This document shows, piece by piece, positions 7,540 through 16,535 of a stretch of 64,000 nucleotides of DNA. Under the pieces are notes generated by a model that was not told the origin of the DNA, did not search any database, and worked only from the letters and a program-made list of their open reading frames with translations. Origin of the DNA: Vampirovibrionales bacterium. Its GTDB lineage: Bacteria; Cyanobacteriota; Vampirovibrionia; Vampirovibrionales; JAJTHC01. A program made the position numbers and the translations under genes. Positions within the stretch are counted from its first letter, which is position 1. Each line of letters opens with the position of its first letter. The stretch lies in the NCBI GenBank assembly GCA_046341215.1, contig JBKDRU010000010.1, forward strand, positions 12,983 to 76,982, in the 5' to 3' direction.

Positions 7540-8163
7540 ATGAAACTTTCATGTATTAACCGCTTTGCTCGTGCCTTTACCTTGTCTGAAATATTAATTG
7601 TATTGGGCATTATGGGCTTACTTAGTGCGATACTTGTGCCGTCTTTTATTGAAAATCAAACCAGAAATAATTGTGCTTATGTGATTAAGTCGAGTATTTT
7701 AGCATCGAACAGTCTTTTAGAAGATGCCTTTTCCTTTGCTCGTACCAATTTATTGGATGAAGCCGTTGAACGCTTGACGACTATTCGAAATTGTGGAGGT
7801 GCTGTTAATACCGCCACAACGGGCGGTTGTTGGAATACGACGTCGCAACAAGCGTTGGCTCCTAATGTGACAGACGAAGGTGTTTTGTTAAAAAATAATG
7901 CTGCCATTATAGGCTTTAAATCTGCGGTATTGCCAGTCGATCAGCTCCTTTTCTTTGTCATTGATGCTAATGGTGTGGCGGGTCCTAATTTTGTAGGCGT
8001 GGATCAAATCAATTTAGTCACTTGCACGACAACAGCGTTTTGTCAAAGTAATGTGACTATGCAAGCCTTGTTAGGGCAAGGGTATAAAGTGGTTCCTGGG
8101 CAATTATTGCCTGCAGATGCAGATTCTGTAACACTTTATGATAGAGTCTTTGAGCGTATATAA
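7540..8163 (+). CDS. prepilin-type N-terminal domain protein (pseudopilin/pilin-like)
   Basis: N-terminus MKLSCINRFARA|FTLSEILIVLGIMGLLSAILVPSF. This is a class III signal-like sequence with Glu at +5 and a hydrophobic helix. Ala at -1. Confidence 0.7.
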   Translation: MKLSCINRFARAFTLSEILIVLGIMGLLSAILVPSFIENQTRNNCAYVIKSSILASNSLLEDAFSFARTNLLDEAVERLTTIRNCGGAVNTATTGGCWNTTSQQALAPNVTDEGVLLKNNAAIIGFKSAVLPVDQLLFFVIDANGVAGPNFVGVDQINLVTCTTTAFCQSNVTMQALLGQGYKVVPGQLLPADADSVTLYDRVFERI

Positions 8164-8272
8164 AAATAGCACCCTAACTTAACAACAATGAGTCCTCATC
8201 AGAATAGACCGTAATTGTTCTAGGATGCTATTTATTTACGTAAATATCAATTTCTAGTTTGAAGAGAAAAGA

Positions 8273-8902
8273 CTAGGAAATCGTACCTGCGTTGTGTGCC
8301 TGCATTAAATCAGGATGATACCCAAAGGCCGCTTTTTGTTGCTTCGCTGCCAATGCTTTAGAAATCGCGGGTATTTGAGACTCGACTTGCGAAGCTTTGG
8401 CTAAGTTGGCACGTCCCATCGCCGCCACGTTGTGATCGGCTCCAGACATTTGACCATAACCACCAATGCCAGCCCCTTCAGGAGCATGCGCAGAGCTAAT
8501 TAGCCCTTCACTTTGACGCTTGAAGTTAGATAAATAACTAGGATTCATCACGGCCTGTTGAACATCCAGTTGAGGAACCGAAAGGCTCACATGCCCTGCC
8601 ACTGTTAAGCCGTCTTGCGTTTCAAGCACAGGGCCTGAAGTAGACAATCCAGCTGCTTTGGCTTTGCTGTCATGTGCCCGCTCGTGAGCCAAAACACCTT
8701 GACGAGAATGTTCAGCTGCGGTAACACCACTGCTATTTTTAAATTGAGATTTTGGCGTACCTTCAGCCCCTGTAAACGTATTGCCAAACATCGTTAAGCG
8801 ATACTGTCTTTGTTGGGCTTTTTGCGAACCAGCTTTAAGAGATTTGTTCTGATTGAGAGGGGTTAAGCCACCTGTTAATCCAGAAGAAGCAGAAAGAGCC
8901 AT
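8273..8902 (-). CDS. SprA-related-family-like putative metalloprotease (HExxH)
   Basis: 209 aa. VLAHERAHDSKAKAAGLSTSGPVLETQDGLTVAGHVSLSV followed by APEG...SGADHNVAAMGRA resembles, from memory, the SprA-related family (Pfam PF12118) pattern xAHExAH..AG...P.....DG...AxGG.V.ID. Confidence 0.45.
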   Translation of the reverse strand: MALSASSGLTGGLTPLNQNKSLKAGSQKAQQRQYRLTMFGNTFTGAEGTPKSQFKNSSGVTAAEHSRQGVLAHERAHDSKAKAAGLSTSGPVLETQDGLTVAGHVSLSVPQLDVQQAVMNPSYLSNFKRQSEGLISSAHAPEGAGIGGYGQMSGADHNVAAMGRANLAKASQVESQIPAISKALAAKQQKAAFGYHPDLMQAHNAGTIS

Positions 8903-8984
8903 ACGATATTTTCCTTAACACATCTACTATACTAGGGATACATGATACACGACATTGTCAAAAGGGAAATCCCTTTACATTCTG

Positions 8985-9023
8985 ATTCTACCTAAACTGT
9001 AGTAGTTTGGCAAGTACTTTTTT
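8985..9023 (-). promoter_or_regulatory. candidate sigma70-type promoter for the 8273-8902 gene
   Basis: Minus strand reads AAAAAAGTAC-TTGCCA-(17 nt)-TAGAAT, about 80 nt upstream of the ATG at 8902. SD AGGAAA precedes the ATG. Confidence 0.4.
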
Positions 9024-9525
9024 CAAAACGTGTTTCAAAATGTTAAAAACCGTTACATAGCATAGGTTTTAAGAAAGTCAGTTCAAAAATAGACAAGAAA
9101 AAAGGGCTCTTGACGGAGAAGCCCCTTGTAAACATTCTGACTATGCCAAGGTAAACACGGGGAGTGTTCACGGTCATTCATAAGTTAAACATTTCTTATC
9201 GGAGAAATGCTCGTTATATTCATGACCACCTTGCTTTAGTAAGGTATCGTAAGCTTGGTTCAAAAACTTTAGAGTGCTTCACAGTTTGTTACAAAGAGAT
9301 TCATACCTAGGTTTTGTTTATATTTCTATGTTCTTTCAAGCCAGAATGAATCCAATTGGTAAACGGAAGGGTTAAGGTATCTGGGTTTTATGTCATTGCT
9401 TTAAGAATTTTCACTACTGCTGTAGCGATTCTTTCGAAAGCTTTCCCCATTGGAGTTTGATTGAATTTTATTCTGCTTAAAGAGAGTTATATAAAAAAGC
9501 ATATCAATACAGCCCATTCTATAGT

Positions 9526-10014
9526 ATGATAGAAACATTTGTAAAGGCAGTAGTTATGGATATTTCTAAAAAACTTGATTTACGACCTTTTCTCTACGGA
9601 AGAGATCCGCAATTATTGTGGCATTTTGATGCCGTTGAATTTGACACGCCTGAACTGGTGGCGGTTTTGGATGTGGATTTAAAGCTCACGAAAGACACCA
9701 CAGGCTTTGTCGTCAAAGGCAAGCTCTCAGGCAAAGGGAAAGTCCCTTGTAAAGATTGTTATGCGACTTTATGGAGCGACTTTGAAGGCGATGTGCTAGA
9801 ACATTATGTGCTAGAAAGCATCGGCAAGGAAAAAGACAAGGCACACCAAGTGGAATTGCTGGAAGAAGACTTCTACGAAGTCGTGAATCCCTTGCATCCC
9901 TTTGATCTATGGGATGTGGTGCGTCAATGCGTGATTTTGATGCTTCCTGCTTTTAAGCCCTGTGAATTTTCGCTCGACGACTGTCCTAATGCCATTACCG
10001 AACTATCAAGGTGA
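9526..10014 (+). CDS. yceD: YceD/DUF177 family protein
   Basis: 162 aa with acidic C-terminal half and Cys pairs (PCKDCYATLW ... FKPCEFSLDDCPN) typical of DUF177. Start may instead be the ATG at 9556 (MDISKK). Overlaps ribD by 4 nt. Confidence 0.65.
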   Translation: MIETFVKAVVMDISKKLDLRPFLYGRDPQLLWHFDAVEFDTPELVAVLDVDLKLTKDTTGFVVKGKLSGKGKVPCKDCYATLWSDFEGDVLEHYVLESIGKEKDKAHQVELLEEDFYEVVNPLHPFDLWDVVRQCVILMLPAFKPCEFSLDDCPNAITELSR

Positions 10015-11249
10015 ATGCCATGTTTGAAGCCTTTCACCAGTGGAGCCTGACGCATCCCTTAGACGCTTTTGCCGTCGGATCAGACGCCTACTTCATGCGG
10101 ATCGCCTTAAGTGAGGCGGAAAAAGGCTGGTTTGCGGCTCGCCCAAACCCAATGGTGGGGTGTGTTTTGGTGGATGAATCCAGCAAGAGCATCGTAAGCC
10201 AAGGGTTTCACGCCTTTTATGGGCAGGCTCACGCCGAAGTAAATGCCCTAAAGGGACTCGAAAAACAGACGTATTCACACTTAACCGCCTATGTGACGCT
10301 TGAACCCTGTAGCCACACAGGCAAGACCCCTCCTTGTGCGGATGCCTTGATTCAAGCAGGCATCACCCGTTGCGTGATTGCGATGTCGGATCCCAATCCG
10401 AAGGTGGCTGGGCAAGGCATCCAACGCTTGAAAGACGCAGGCATAGACGTCCATTGCTTAGAAGCCGACGACACGGCAGATGCTCAAGCTCTGGTGGCTG
10501 GAGCCAAGGCGTTGAATCCCCCGTTTTTATGGGGATGCGTCAACCAACGTCCTTACATCGCTTTAAAAACCGCCCAAACCCTAGATGCTGCCATTGCCAC
10601 ACGCAACGGGCATAGCCAGTGGGTCACCAGTGAACCTGCTCGAGCGTGGGTGCATGAAATGCGTGGGGGGTTTGACGGCATTCTTTCCACGGCTGAAACC
10701 GTCTTGAAGGATCGCTCCCAACTCACGGTACGCTCGCCGTTATGGAATTACGCCCAAGACGGAGGCATTCCCCCAAAGCGAGTGATTTTAGATCGGCATT
10801 TTCGCTTGGCAGATGTGGAGTCGCATCCGCTGTTTGACACGACGGTAGCGGAAACGTGGCTTTTGGTGGATGTCGACGTACTCGCCGAAGCTACAAAACA
10901 AGGGGATTACAAGCGTTTAAGCGATTTGGGTGTGGTGGTGAAGGCCATGTCGTTTAAGGGAAAGGCGTTAGCTCCCTTGTTGGAATGGCTGTTCACACTA
11001 GGTATTCGAGCCTTGTGGGTGGAAGCAGGTGGACGCCTCACGGCAAGTTTGCATCAACAGGGTTTGGTGAATGAATATAATGTGTTGATTGCCCCGAAGT
11101 TGTTGGGGGATCCGCATCAGCATATTCCTGCGTGGCACTTGCATACGGAAGAGCCACCAACATCGATGGGTGAGGCGTCGGTCTTGCATTTGGCGAGTGT
11201 GCGTCCCCTCGGACAGGATGTCTTGCTGTCGTTGACGCCTATAAATTAG
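10011..11249 (+). CDS. ribD: bifunctional riboflavin biosynthesis deaminase/reductase
   Basis: CMP/dCMP deaminase zinc motifs HAEVNAL and TLEPCSHTGKTPPC, followed by a RibD C-terminal reductase-like region (LKTAQTLDAAIATRNGHSQWVTSE). Confidence 0.9.
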   Translation: MNAMFEAFHQWSLTHPLDAFAVGSDAYFMRIALSEAEKGWFAARPNPMVGCVLVDESSKSIVSQGFHAFYGQAHAEVNALKGLEKQTYSHLTAYVTLEPCSHTGKTPPCADALIQAGITRCVIAMSDPNPKVAGQGIQRLKDAGIDVHCLEADDTADAQALVAGAKALNPPFLWGCVNQRPYIALKTAQTLDAAIATRNGHSQWVTSEPARAWVHEMRGGFDGILSTAETVLKDRSQLTVRSPLWNYAQDGGIPPKRVILDRHFRLADVESHPLFDTTVAETWLLVDVDVLAEATKQGDYKRLSDLGVVVKAMSFKGKALAPLLEWLFTLGIRALWVEAGGRLTASLHQQGLVNEYNVLIAPKLLGDPHQHIPAWHLHTEEPPTSMGEASVLHLASVRPLGQDVLLSLTPIN

Positions 11250-12346
11250 CGTTGACCCAACAAACGTTTCAACTCGTCAGGGCGAGTCGTTTTACGCATC
11301 GCATCTTCAAAGGTAATTTGATTCGACGCAATCAAACGAAACAAAGAGTTTTCCATCGTCGTCATGCCCATTTCCGCCCCTGTTTGAATGGACGAATAAA
11401 TCTGAGCCGTCTTTCCTTCACGCACCAAGTTCGCGATAGCAGGCGTGACCACCATGATTTCTTGAGCCAAGGTGCGTCCCTTGACTTCTTTGAACTCGTT
11501 GGTTTTGGGTAACAAGACTTGAGACATAACCGCCACAAGCGATGATGACAACTGCACACGAATCTGCTGTTGTTGCCCTGCGGGGAAGGCATCCACAATA
11601 CGGTCAACGGTTTGCATGGCACTGCTGGTGTGAAGTGTGCCAAACACCACGTGACCTGTTTCCGCCGCTGAAATCGCCAGCGACATGGTTTCAAGATCTC
11701 GAAGTTCTCCCAATAAAATGACGTCAGGATCTTCACGAAGGGCGGACTTTAAGGCGTTGGCAAAGCTTTTGGTGTCGGATCCTAATTCACGTTGATGCAC
11801 CACGCTTTTTTTAGAGCGGTGAACGAATTCAACAGGATCTTCAATCGTTAAAATATGTTCAGACTTGGTTTCGTTAATATAGTCAATCATGGCGGCAAGT
11901 GTGGTGGATTTACCAGAACCAGTTGGCCCTGTTACTAAAATCAAGCCTTTGGTACGGTGACACAATTCACGGCATACATCAGGTAATTTTAAGACTTCTA
12001 ACGAAGGCGTGGTGGAGTTAATCGTACGAATGGCTGTAGCGTAGTTACCTTTTTCACGGTAGACGTTGACACGAAAGCGTCCGATACCTTTTAAACCGTA
12101 AGCAAAGTCAAGTTCCCAATTTTGTTCTAAAGTACGGCGTTGTTCGTTGTTGAGCATGGTAAAAATAAGGGTTTGGCATTCGTCTTTCGTTAGCGGAGGG
12201 TAAGACGTGCGAATCAAGCTACCATTGACCCGAATAATGGGGGCAGATCCTACAGACAAATGTAAATCACTGGCACCATTGTCAATAACATCTCTAAGTA
12301 AACCGTCTAAGCTTGGGGTGGTGTTGGTGGCTATGCTACTATTCAT
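11246..12346 (-). CDS. pilT: type IV pilus retraction (twitching motility) ATPase
   Basis: Walker A GPTGSGKSTT, ILTIEDPVEF, Walker B/Asp box ILLGELRD and His box GHVVFGTLHT. The ORF extends to a GTG at 12403, but the ATG at 12346 has SD AAGGAAA and gives a normal PilT N-terminus. Confidence 0.85.
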   Translation of the reverse strand: MNSSIATNTTPSLDGLLRDVIDNGASDLHLSVGSAPIIRVNGSLIRTSYPPLTKDECQTLIFTMLNNEQRRTLEQNWELDFAYGLKGIGRFRVNVYREKGNYATAIRTINSTTPSLEVLKLPDVCRELCHRTKGLILVTGPTGSGKSTTLAAMIDYINETKSEHILTIEDPVEFVHRSKKSVVHQRELGSDTKSFANALKSALREDPDVILLGELRDLETMSLAISAAETGHVVFGTLHTSSAMQTVDRIVDAFPAGQQQQIRVQLSSSLVAVMSQVLLPKTNEFKEVKGRTLAQEIMVVTPAIANLVREGKTAQIYSSIQTGAEMGMTTMENSLFRLIASNQITFEDAMRKTTRPDELKRLLGQR

Positions 12347-12759
12347 TAGGGATTTTTCCTTGTTAAGGGGGATGGGGAGGAGGGTCTTTTTGATTTTCGA
12401 CACCTTGCAGAGAAGGCTTTAAGTAGATTCTTAATTCTTTACAAAGACTTTCTCTATGCCTTCTTAATAGTATTATAAAGATCCTGTACTTCTATCAGTG
12501 AAATCTTTTATAAACATAAGGAGTTCGGGGGATAAAAGTATCTAAGAACTAGTTGTTTTAGAAAATAGAGAACACATCTAGCCTAACTGCTAAGCTAAGT
12601 GTAAATGTTACGCTTACGTTACAAAAACAGAATAAAATCTCAAAAAGACTTGTCTTAAAAAATATTCGTAACACAATGGAACTAGTCAAGTAATCTCATC
12701 TGTATGATGTAGATTCTTGTTTTGTTTTAATAAACCTATTTTTAGGAATTCTTTGTTTC

Positions 12760-13005
12760 ATGTTTCCCTTGTCGTCAATTTTATATCAGCCGGCCTTTAA
12801 ATCCTTGACTCGCCCTTCTTTGAGTGAAGTTGTTTTTTTGGTTGCTGGATTTTTGATGCTGGCTATGACCGTGATGGAAACGATCTTAATTCCTCAAGCG
12901 TCTATTACCCAAAATGATTTGATTGTGGCTAAAATAAAGGCTCAAAAAGTGGTCGTTGCTCAAGATTCCTTGTTTAATGTGGATGCTTCACAATATAGAC
13001 CTTAG
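12760..13005 (+). CDS. small hypothetical membrane protein (weakly pilin-like N-terminus)
   Basis: 81 aa. ...TRPSLSEVVFLVAGFLMLAMTVME aligns loosely with the xLSE(I/V) N-termini of the pseudopilins in this window. Divergent from pilT. Confidence 0.3.
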   Translation: MFPLSSILYQPAFKSLTRPSLSEVVFLVAGFLMLAMTVMETILIPQASITQNDLIVAKIKAQKVVVAQDSLFNVDASQYRP

Positions 13006-13186
13006 GTGGTTTTCTCTAAAACAATCCTCTTAAATCAAGACTTGTGTCTTGCTTTTTCGTGCTACAATCTAATTTAGGTGATTTTAAAAAATGACAGCTC
13101 TGCTAGCATCAAAAAAAATGCTCCTTGTTTAATATAAGTAGTTCTTTTCGCTTTCCCCCCTCTTGAAATAATAGGAGTCCACCCCT

Positions 13187-14698
13187 TTGAACGACAATAG
13201 CCCTTTAATAAACAATTCCGCTACGGAAACCAGAGATCCTCAAAGTGGGTCGTCTACTTCTGAGACGTTCCCTCCCTTGTCGTTTAATGCAGGTGATATG
13301 CCTGAACATAATTGGGAAGAGATTCAATTGCCTGCGTCTTTTCAACGTTTACATAAGCCTTCTACAGTTTCCGCGTTTGAGGGTAATGCACTTCCGCAGA
13401 AACCTCAAGCCCCTCGTCCTTGGGTGAATATCTTGCTACGTTCGGGGATTTTATTGGCTGGAGCTTTAACCGCTTTATTGATTTTTCTTTATGTCTTGAG
13501 ATTTGCTTTGCCCAATGCCTATAAGTCTTCTGTTGATGATGCCACTTTTGGTATGCTGCCAGGGGCCGACCCCACACAAACCGTTTTGGTCATGGGTGTG
13601 GACAGTAACGGGAGCCGTGTTGGCGACACCTATTTAGGCACTCGTACCGACACCATGTTACTGGTTAAGCCTAATCCTAAAGAACAAAGTTTAAACATTG
13701 TTTCCTTGCCTCGTGATTCTAAAGTGTATTTGGATGAAGAACATTCTCGTGTGGGTAAGTTGAATGCGGCTCATGCTATGGGTGGTCCTGATAAAACCCG
13801 TACCGTCATTGCGGATTCTCTTGGTGTTCCTGTAGAAAAATACTTAGCGGTAGACTTTCAAGCCGTGCGTGCCATGGTGGATGCCATAGGGGGCATTGAT
13901 GTTTATGTCCCTCAACGCATGAGATACACCGACAACACCGCCAAATTGCGAATTAAGCTCGACATAGGCTGGACTCACATGGACGGTAAAACAGCTGAAG
14001 GTTTCTTGCGTTTTCGTCATGATCCTTATGGAGATATTGGACGTGTGCGTCGTCAACAGCAGTTTATGGCAGCGATACGTGAGCGTTTAAATTCGCCTGA
14101 TGTGGTGTTACGTTTGCCTGAACTTATACAAGTGATGAGCCAATATGTGCATACGAATATGAATCCTGCTGAATTGTTGCAGTTTGCCAATTATGCCAAG
14201 AAAATCCCTTCTAAAGATATGCGATTTGCCACCTTACCCGGGCATACGTCGTCTCGTGAAGGCACCAGCTACTGGATTATTGATAAAGATGAAACCGAAC
14301 AAGTCCTTAGTCGCTTAATTTATGGTGTGCCTTTGGTCAGTGAATCCGAAGACGGTGAACCGTTAAGTGACGTGAAAAAAGTGGGTATTTTGTATTCTCG
14401 TAGTATTCCTGCGGAACAATTAACCGCCATTGAAACGCAACTAGAAACTTTGGGCTGGAAGGTTGTGTGTCGTCAACGAGCAAGTGTACCTGGTACATCG
14501 ATTTTAGACAGCTCCTTGCGTTTGACGCAAACAGGTATTGAAAGCTTGCAAGGTTCCACGCCTTTATTGAATAAGGCTCGCGTGACTTTTGTGCCTCGTA
14601 CATCGAGCTTGACGCCGTTGATGTGTGGTTCAGAGCAAGTGACACTTTATATTGGTGGGGACGTGGCTTCGACCGCTAAAACAGCTGATACCAATTAA
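13187..14698 (+). CDS. LytR-CpsA-Psr (LCP) family protein with N-terminal TM anchor
   Basis: VLVMGVDS...RTDTMLLVKPN...NIVSLPRDSKVYL...KLNAAHAMGG...LAVDFQAVRAMVDAIGGIDVYVP matches the LCP core. TTG start at 13187, 9 nt after SD AGGAG. Confidence 0.8.
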   Translation: MNDNSPLINNSATETRDPQSGSSTSETFPPLSFNAGDMPEHNWEEIQLPASFQRLHKPSTVSAFEGNALPQKPQAPRPWVNILLRSGILLAGALTALLIFLYVLRFALPNAYKSSVDDATFGMLPGADPTQTVLVMGVDSNGSRVGDTYLGTRTDTMLLVKPNPKEQSLNIVSLPRDSKVYLDEEHSRVGKLNAAHAMGGPDKTRTVIADSLGVPVEKYLAVDFQAVRAMVDAIGGIDVYVPQRMRYTDNTAKLRIKLDIGWTHMDGKTAEGFLRFRHDPYGDIGRVRRQQQFMAAIRERLNSPDVVLRLPELIQVMSQYVHTNMNPAELLQFANYAKKIPSKDMRFATLPGHTSSREGTSYWIIDKDETEQVLSRLIYGVPLVSESEDGEPLSDVKKVGILYSRSIPAEQLTAIETQLETLGWKVVCRQRASVPGTSILDSSLRLTQTGIESLQGSTPLLNKARVTFVPRTSSLTPLMCGSEQVTLYIGGDVASTAKTADTN

Positions 14699-14704
14699 AC
14701 GATT
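14688..14704. repeat. copy C of 17-nt element ATACCAATTAAACGATT (overlaps LCP gene last codons and stop)
   Basis: Exact copy. Here the first TAA of the element (14696-14698) is the stop codon, whereas proS uses the second TAA in another frame. Confidence 0.9.
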
Positions 14705-14829
14705 AAGTGTCGTATGGTGTGTGCGTTTAAATGGTATTAGCATAATAAAGGTTTCTGAGATCTCGATGAAACGAGAAACCCCAAAAATCTAAATACGGTT
14801 CATAGAAGTAGAAACGTAGCGATAAGTTC

Positions 14830-16515
14830 CTAGTCTAGCAGAATCTGTTTTTTGACAATTTTGCCTGTGGGATTTTTCGGCAATTCTTCAAAAAAGCGAT
14901 AGGCATCAGGCGTGTAAGACGCCGACAAATGTTCTCTCACTAAAGCAGCCAAGTCCTGCTGAAGGGCTTTTTGATTCGTGTCTTTCGCTTCAGGCATGAG
15001 TTCAATGCAAGCACATAAAGCTTCCCCAAGTTTTTCATCCTTCAACGGTAAAACTGCCACATGAGCCACCGCCGTATGTTGAGACAATATGCGTTCAATC
15101 GGCAAGGGAGCAATGTTTTCCCCTGCTCGAATAATCAAATCCTTCAAGCGACCGCCTGAAATACGCAAGAGTCCTTCGGCATCAATATGCCCCAAGTCGC
15201 CTGTTTTAAACCATCCGTCGGCACTTAAAACTTTGGCGGTTTCATCTTCATTTTTATAATAGCCGAGCATGACGCTGTCGCCAGCGACTTGGATTTCACC
15301 TTCCGCACTGGCTTTACCTATTTCAATAGGCAAGATTTCAGCTGTTTCATGATTCACCAAACGCAGACGCAAATTCACCAACGGTTGACCGACGGCTCCT
15401 GCGACCGCCCCACGACTCGCCGTATTAACCGCAATCACAGGGGATGTTTCGCTCAATCCGTAACCTTCAAGTACTTGCACGTTTAAGGTTTCTTGAATGT
15501 TGTCCAATAAACTTGAAGCTAGAGCGGCTCCCCCTGAAATGCAGGTGTGCAGGGTCGGAAAGGGCTTTTCTGTAGACGCTTCAAACTCTTTATTTTTACG
15601 TTTAGCCGCTTGCAATAAAACCGTAAACATGGTCGGCACCAATGGTAAAACGGTGACCGCTTCGGTTTTAAGGAACTCGACGATTTGCTTGGGATTGAAG
15701 CGAGGCACACAAATCACGGTGGCACGTTCCGTAATGGCAAACAAGGAGCAAATCAAGCCGTAACAGTGGAAAACAGGTAAACCTAATAAGAAACGTTCGC
15801 TGTCTCGTTTAATGTTTAGGGCGGTTTGAAAGCCTGCCAAATTGCTTAAAATATTGCGTTCGCTCAACATCACGCCTTTGGGAAAGCCTGTGGTGCCTGA
15901 GGTGTAAATCAAAAACGCCAATTCGTTATTGTGTGATGCTTCTGAACGTATTAAGTCGTCAAAGGCATCCAATTCTTCGTTAAGGGTATGGATCTCTGGG
16001 GCGTAAAACACCACTTTCTTTTCAAAACTGCTATTTTCAGCAACGACAGCATTGGCGATCAAAAGCGGTAAAGGCACTTGCTCTATAGAAAGGTTCATTT
16101 GTGTCGCCAGCTGCACCGCTAAGATTTCGGTGGCTAGAATCCCACTGACTTCGGCATGTTGAAGTACATAGCCCATGTCTTGAGGCGTCATTAAAATGTT
16201 AATCGGTACAGGCACAGCACCAATAAGACGAAGAGCAAAAAAGCTCACAAAAAATTCGGGTTGATTCCAAAATAATAAGGCGACTTTGTCTCCCTTCTTG
16301 AGCTTCCATTCCTTTTTAAGTGCGGTGGCAAGCCCAATAACTTGTTGCACGAACTCATCGTTTTTTAAACGATAGTCACTGGTGACAAAGGCGTCATAAT
16401 GGTTGCGAGGACTTTGAAGCAAGTGCCTTAAAATCGATGAAAAGGATTCAAAAGGGAGGTCTAGTTCTTGAACGGTTTGAAAATCAGTCCGAGTTTGAAG
16501 AGAACTTTGTGGCAT
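14830..16515 (-). CDS. AMP-dependent acyl-CoA synthetase (long-chain fatty acid--CoA ligase-like)
   Basis: AMP-binding signature IYTSGTTGFPKGV, plus GYGLSET, GWFKTGDLG and a C-terminal PKNPTGKI. Confidence 0.8.
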   Translation of the reverse strand: MPQSSLQTRTDFQTVQELDLPFESFSSILRHLLQSPRNHYDAFVTSDYRLKNDEFVQQVIGLATALKKEWKLKKGDKVALLFWNQPEFFVSFFALRLIGAVPVPINILMTPQDMGYVLQHAEVSGILATEILAVQLATQMNLSIEQVPLPLLIANAVVAENSSFEKKVVFYAPEIHTLNEELDAFDDLIRSEASHNNELAFLIYTSGTTGFPKGVMLSERNILSNLAGFQTALNIKRDSERFLLGLPVFHCYGLICSLFAITERATVICVPRFNPKQIVEFLKTEAVTVLPLVPTMFTVLLQAAKRKNKEFEASTEKPFPTLHTCISGGAALASSLLDNIQETLNVQVLEGYGLSETSPVIAVNTASRGAVAGAVGQPLVNLRLRLVNHETAEILPIEIGKASAEGEIQVAGDSVMLGYYKNEDETAKVLSADGWFKTGDLGHIDAEGLLRISGGRLKDLIIRAGENIAPLPIERILSQHTAVAHVAVLPLKDEKLGEALCACIELMPEAKDTNQKALQQDLAALVREHLSASYTPDAYRFFEELPKNPTGKIVKKQILLD

Positions 16516-16535
16516 TGTTTGAAAAATCCTATCGC

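Noticed and set aside
3900-14704. The 17-nt direct repeats as att sites flanking a 10.8-kb integrated island
   Set aside because: The interval contains core genes (yceD, ribD, pilT, LCP) and no integrase or excisionase. A third copy lies only 264 bp from the first. An island cannot be supported from this window.
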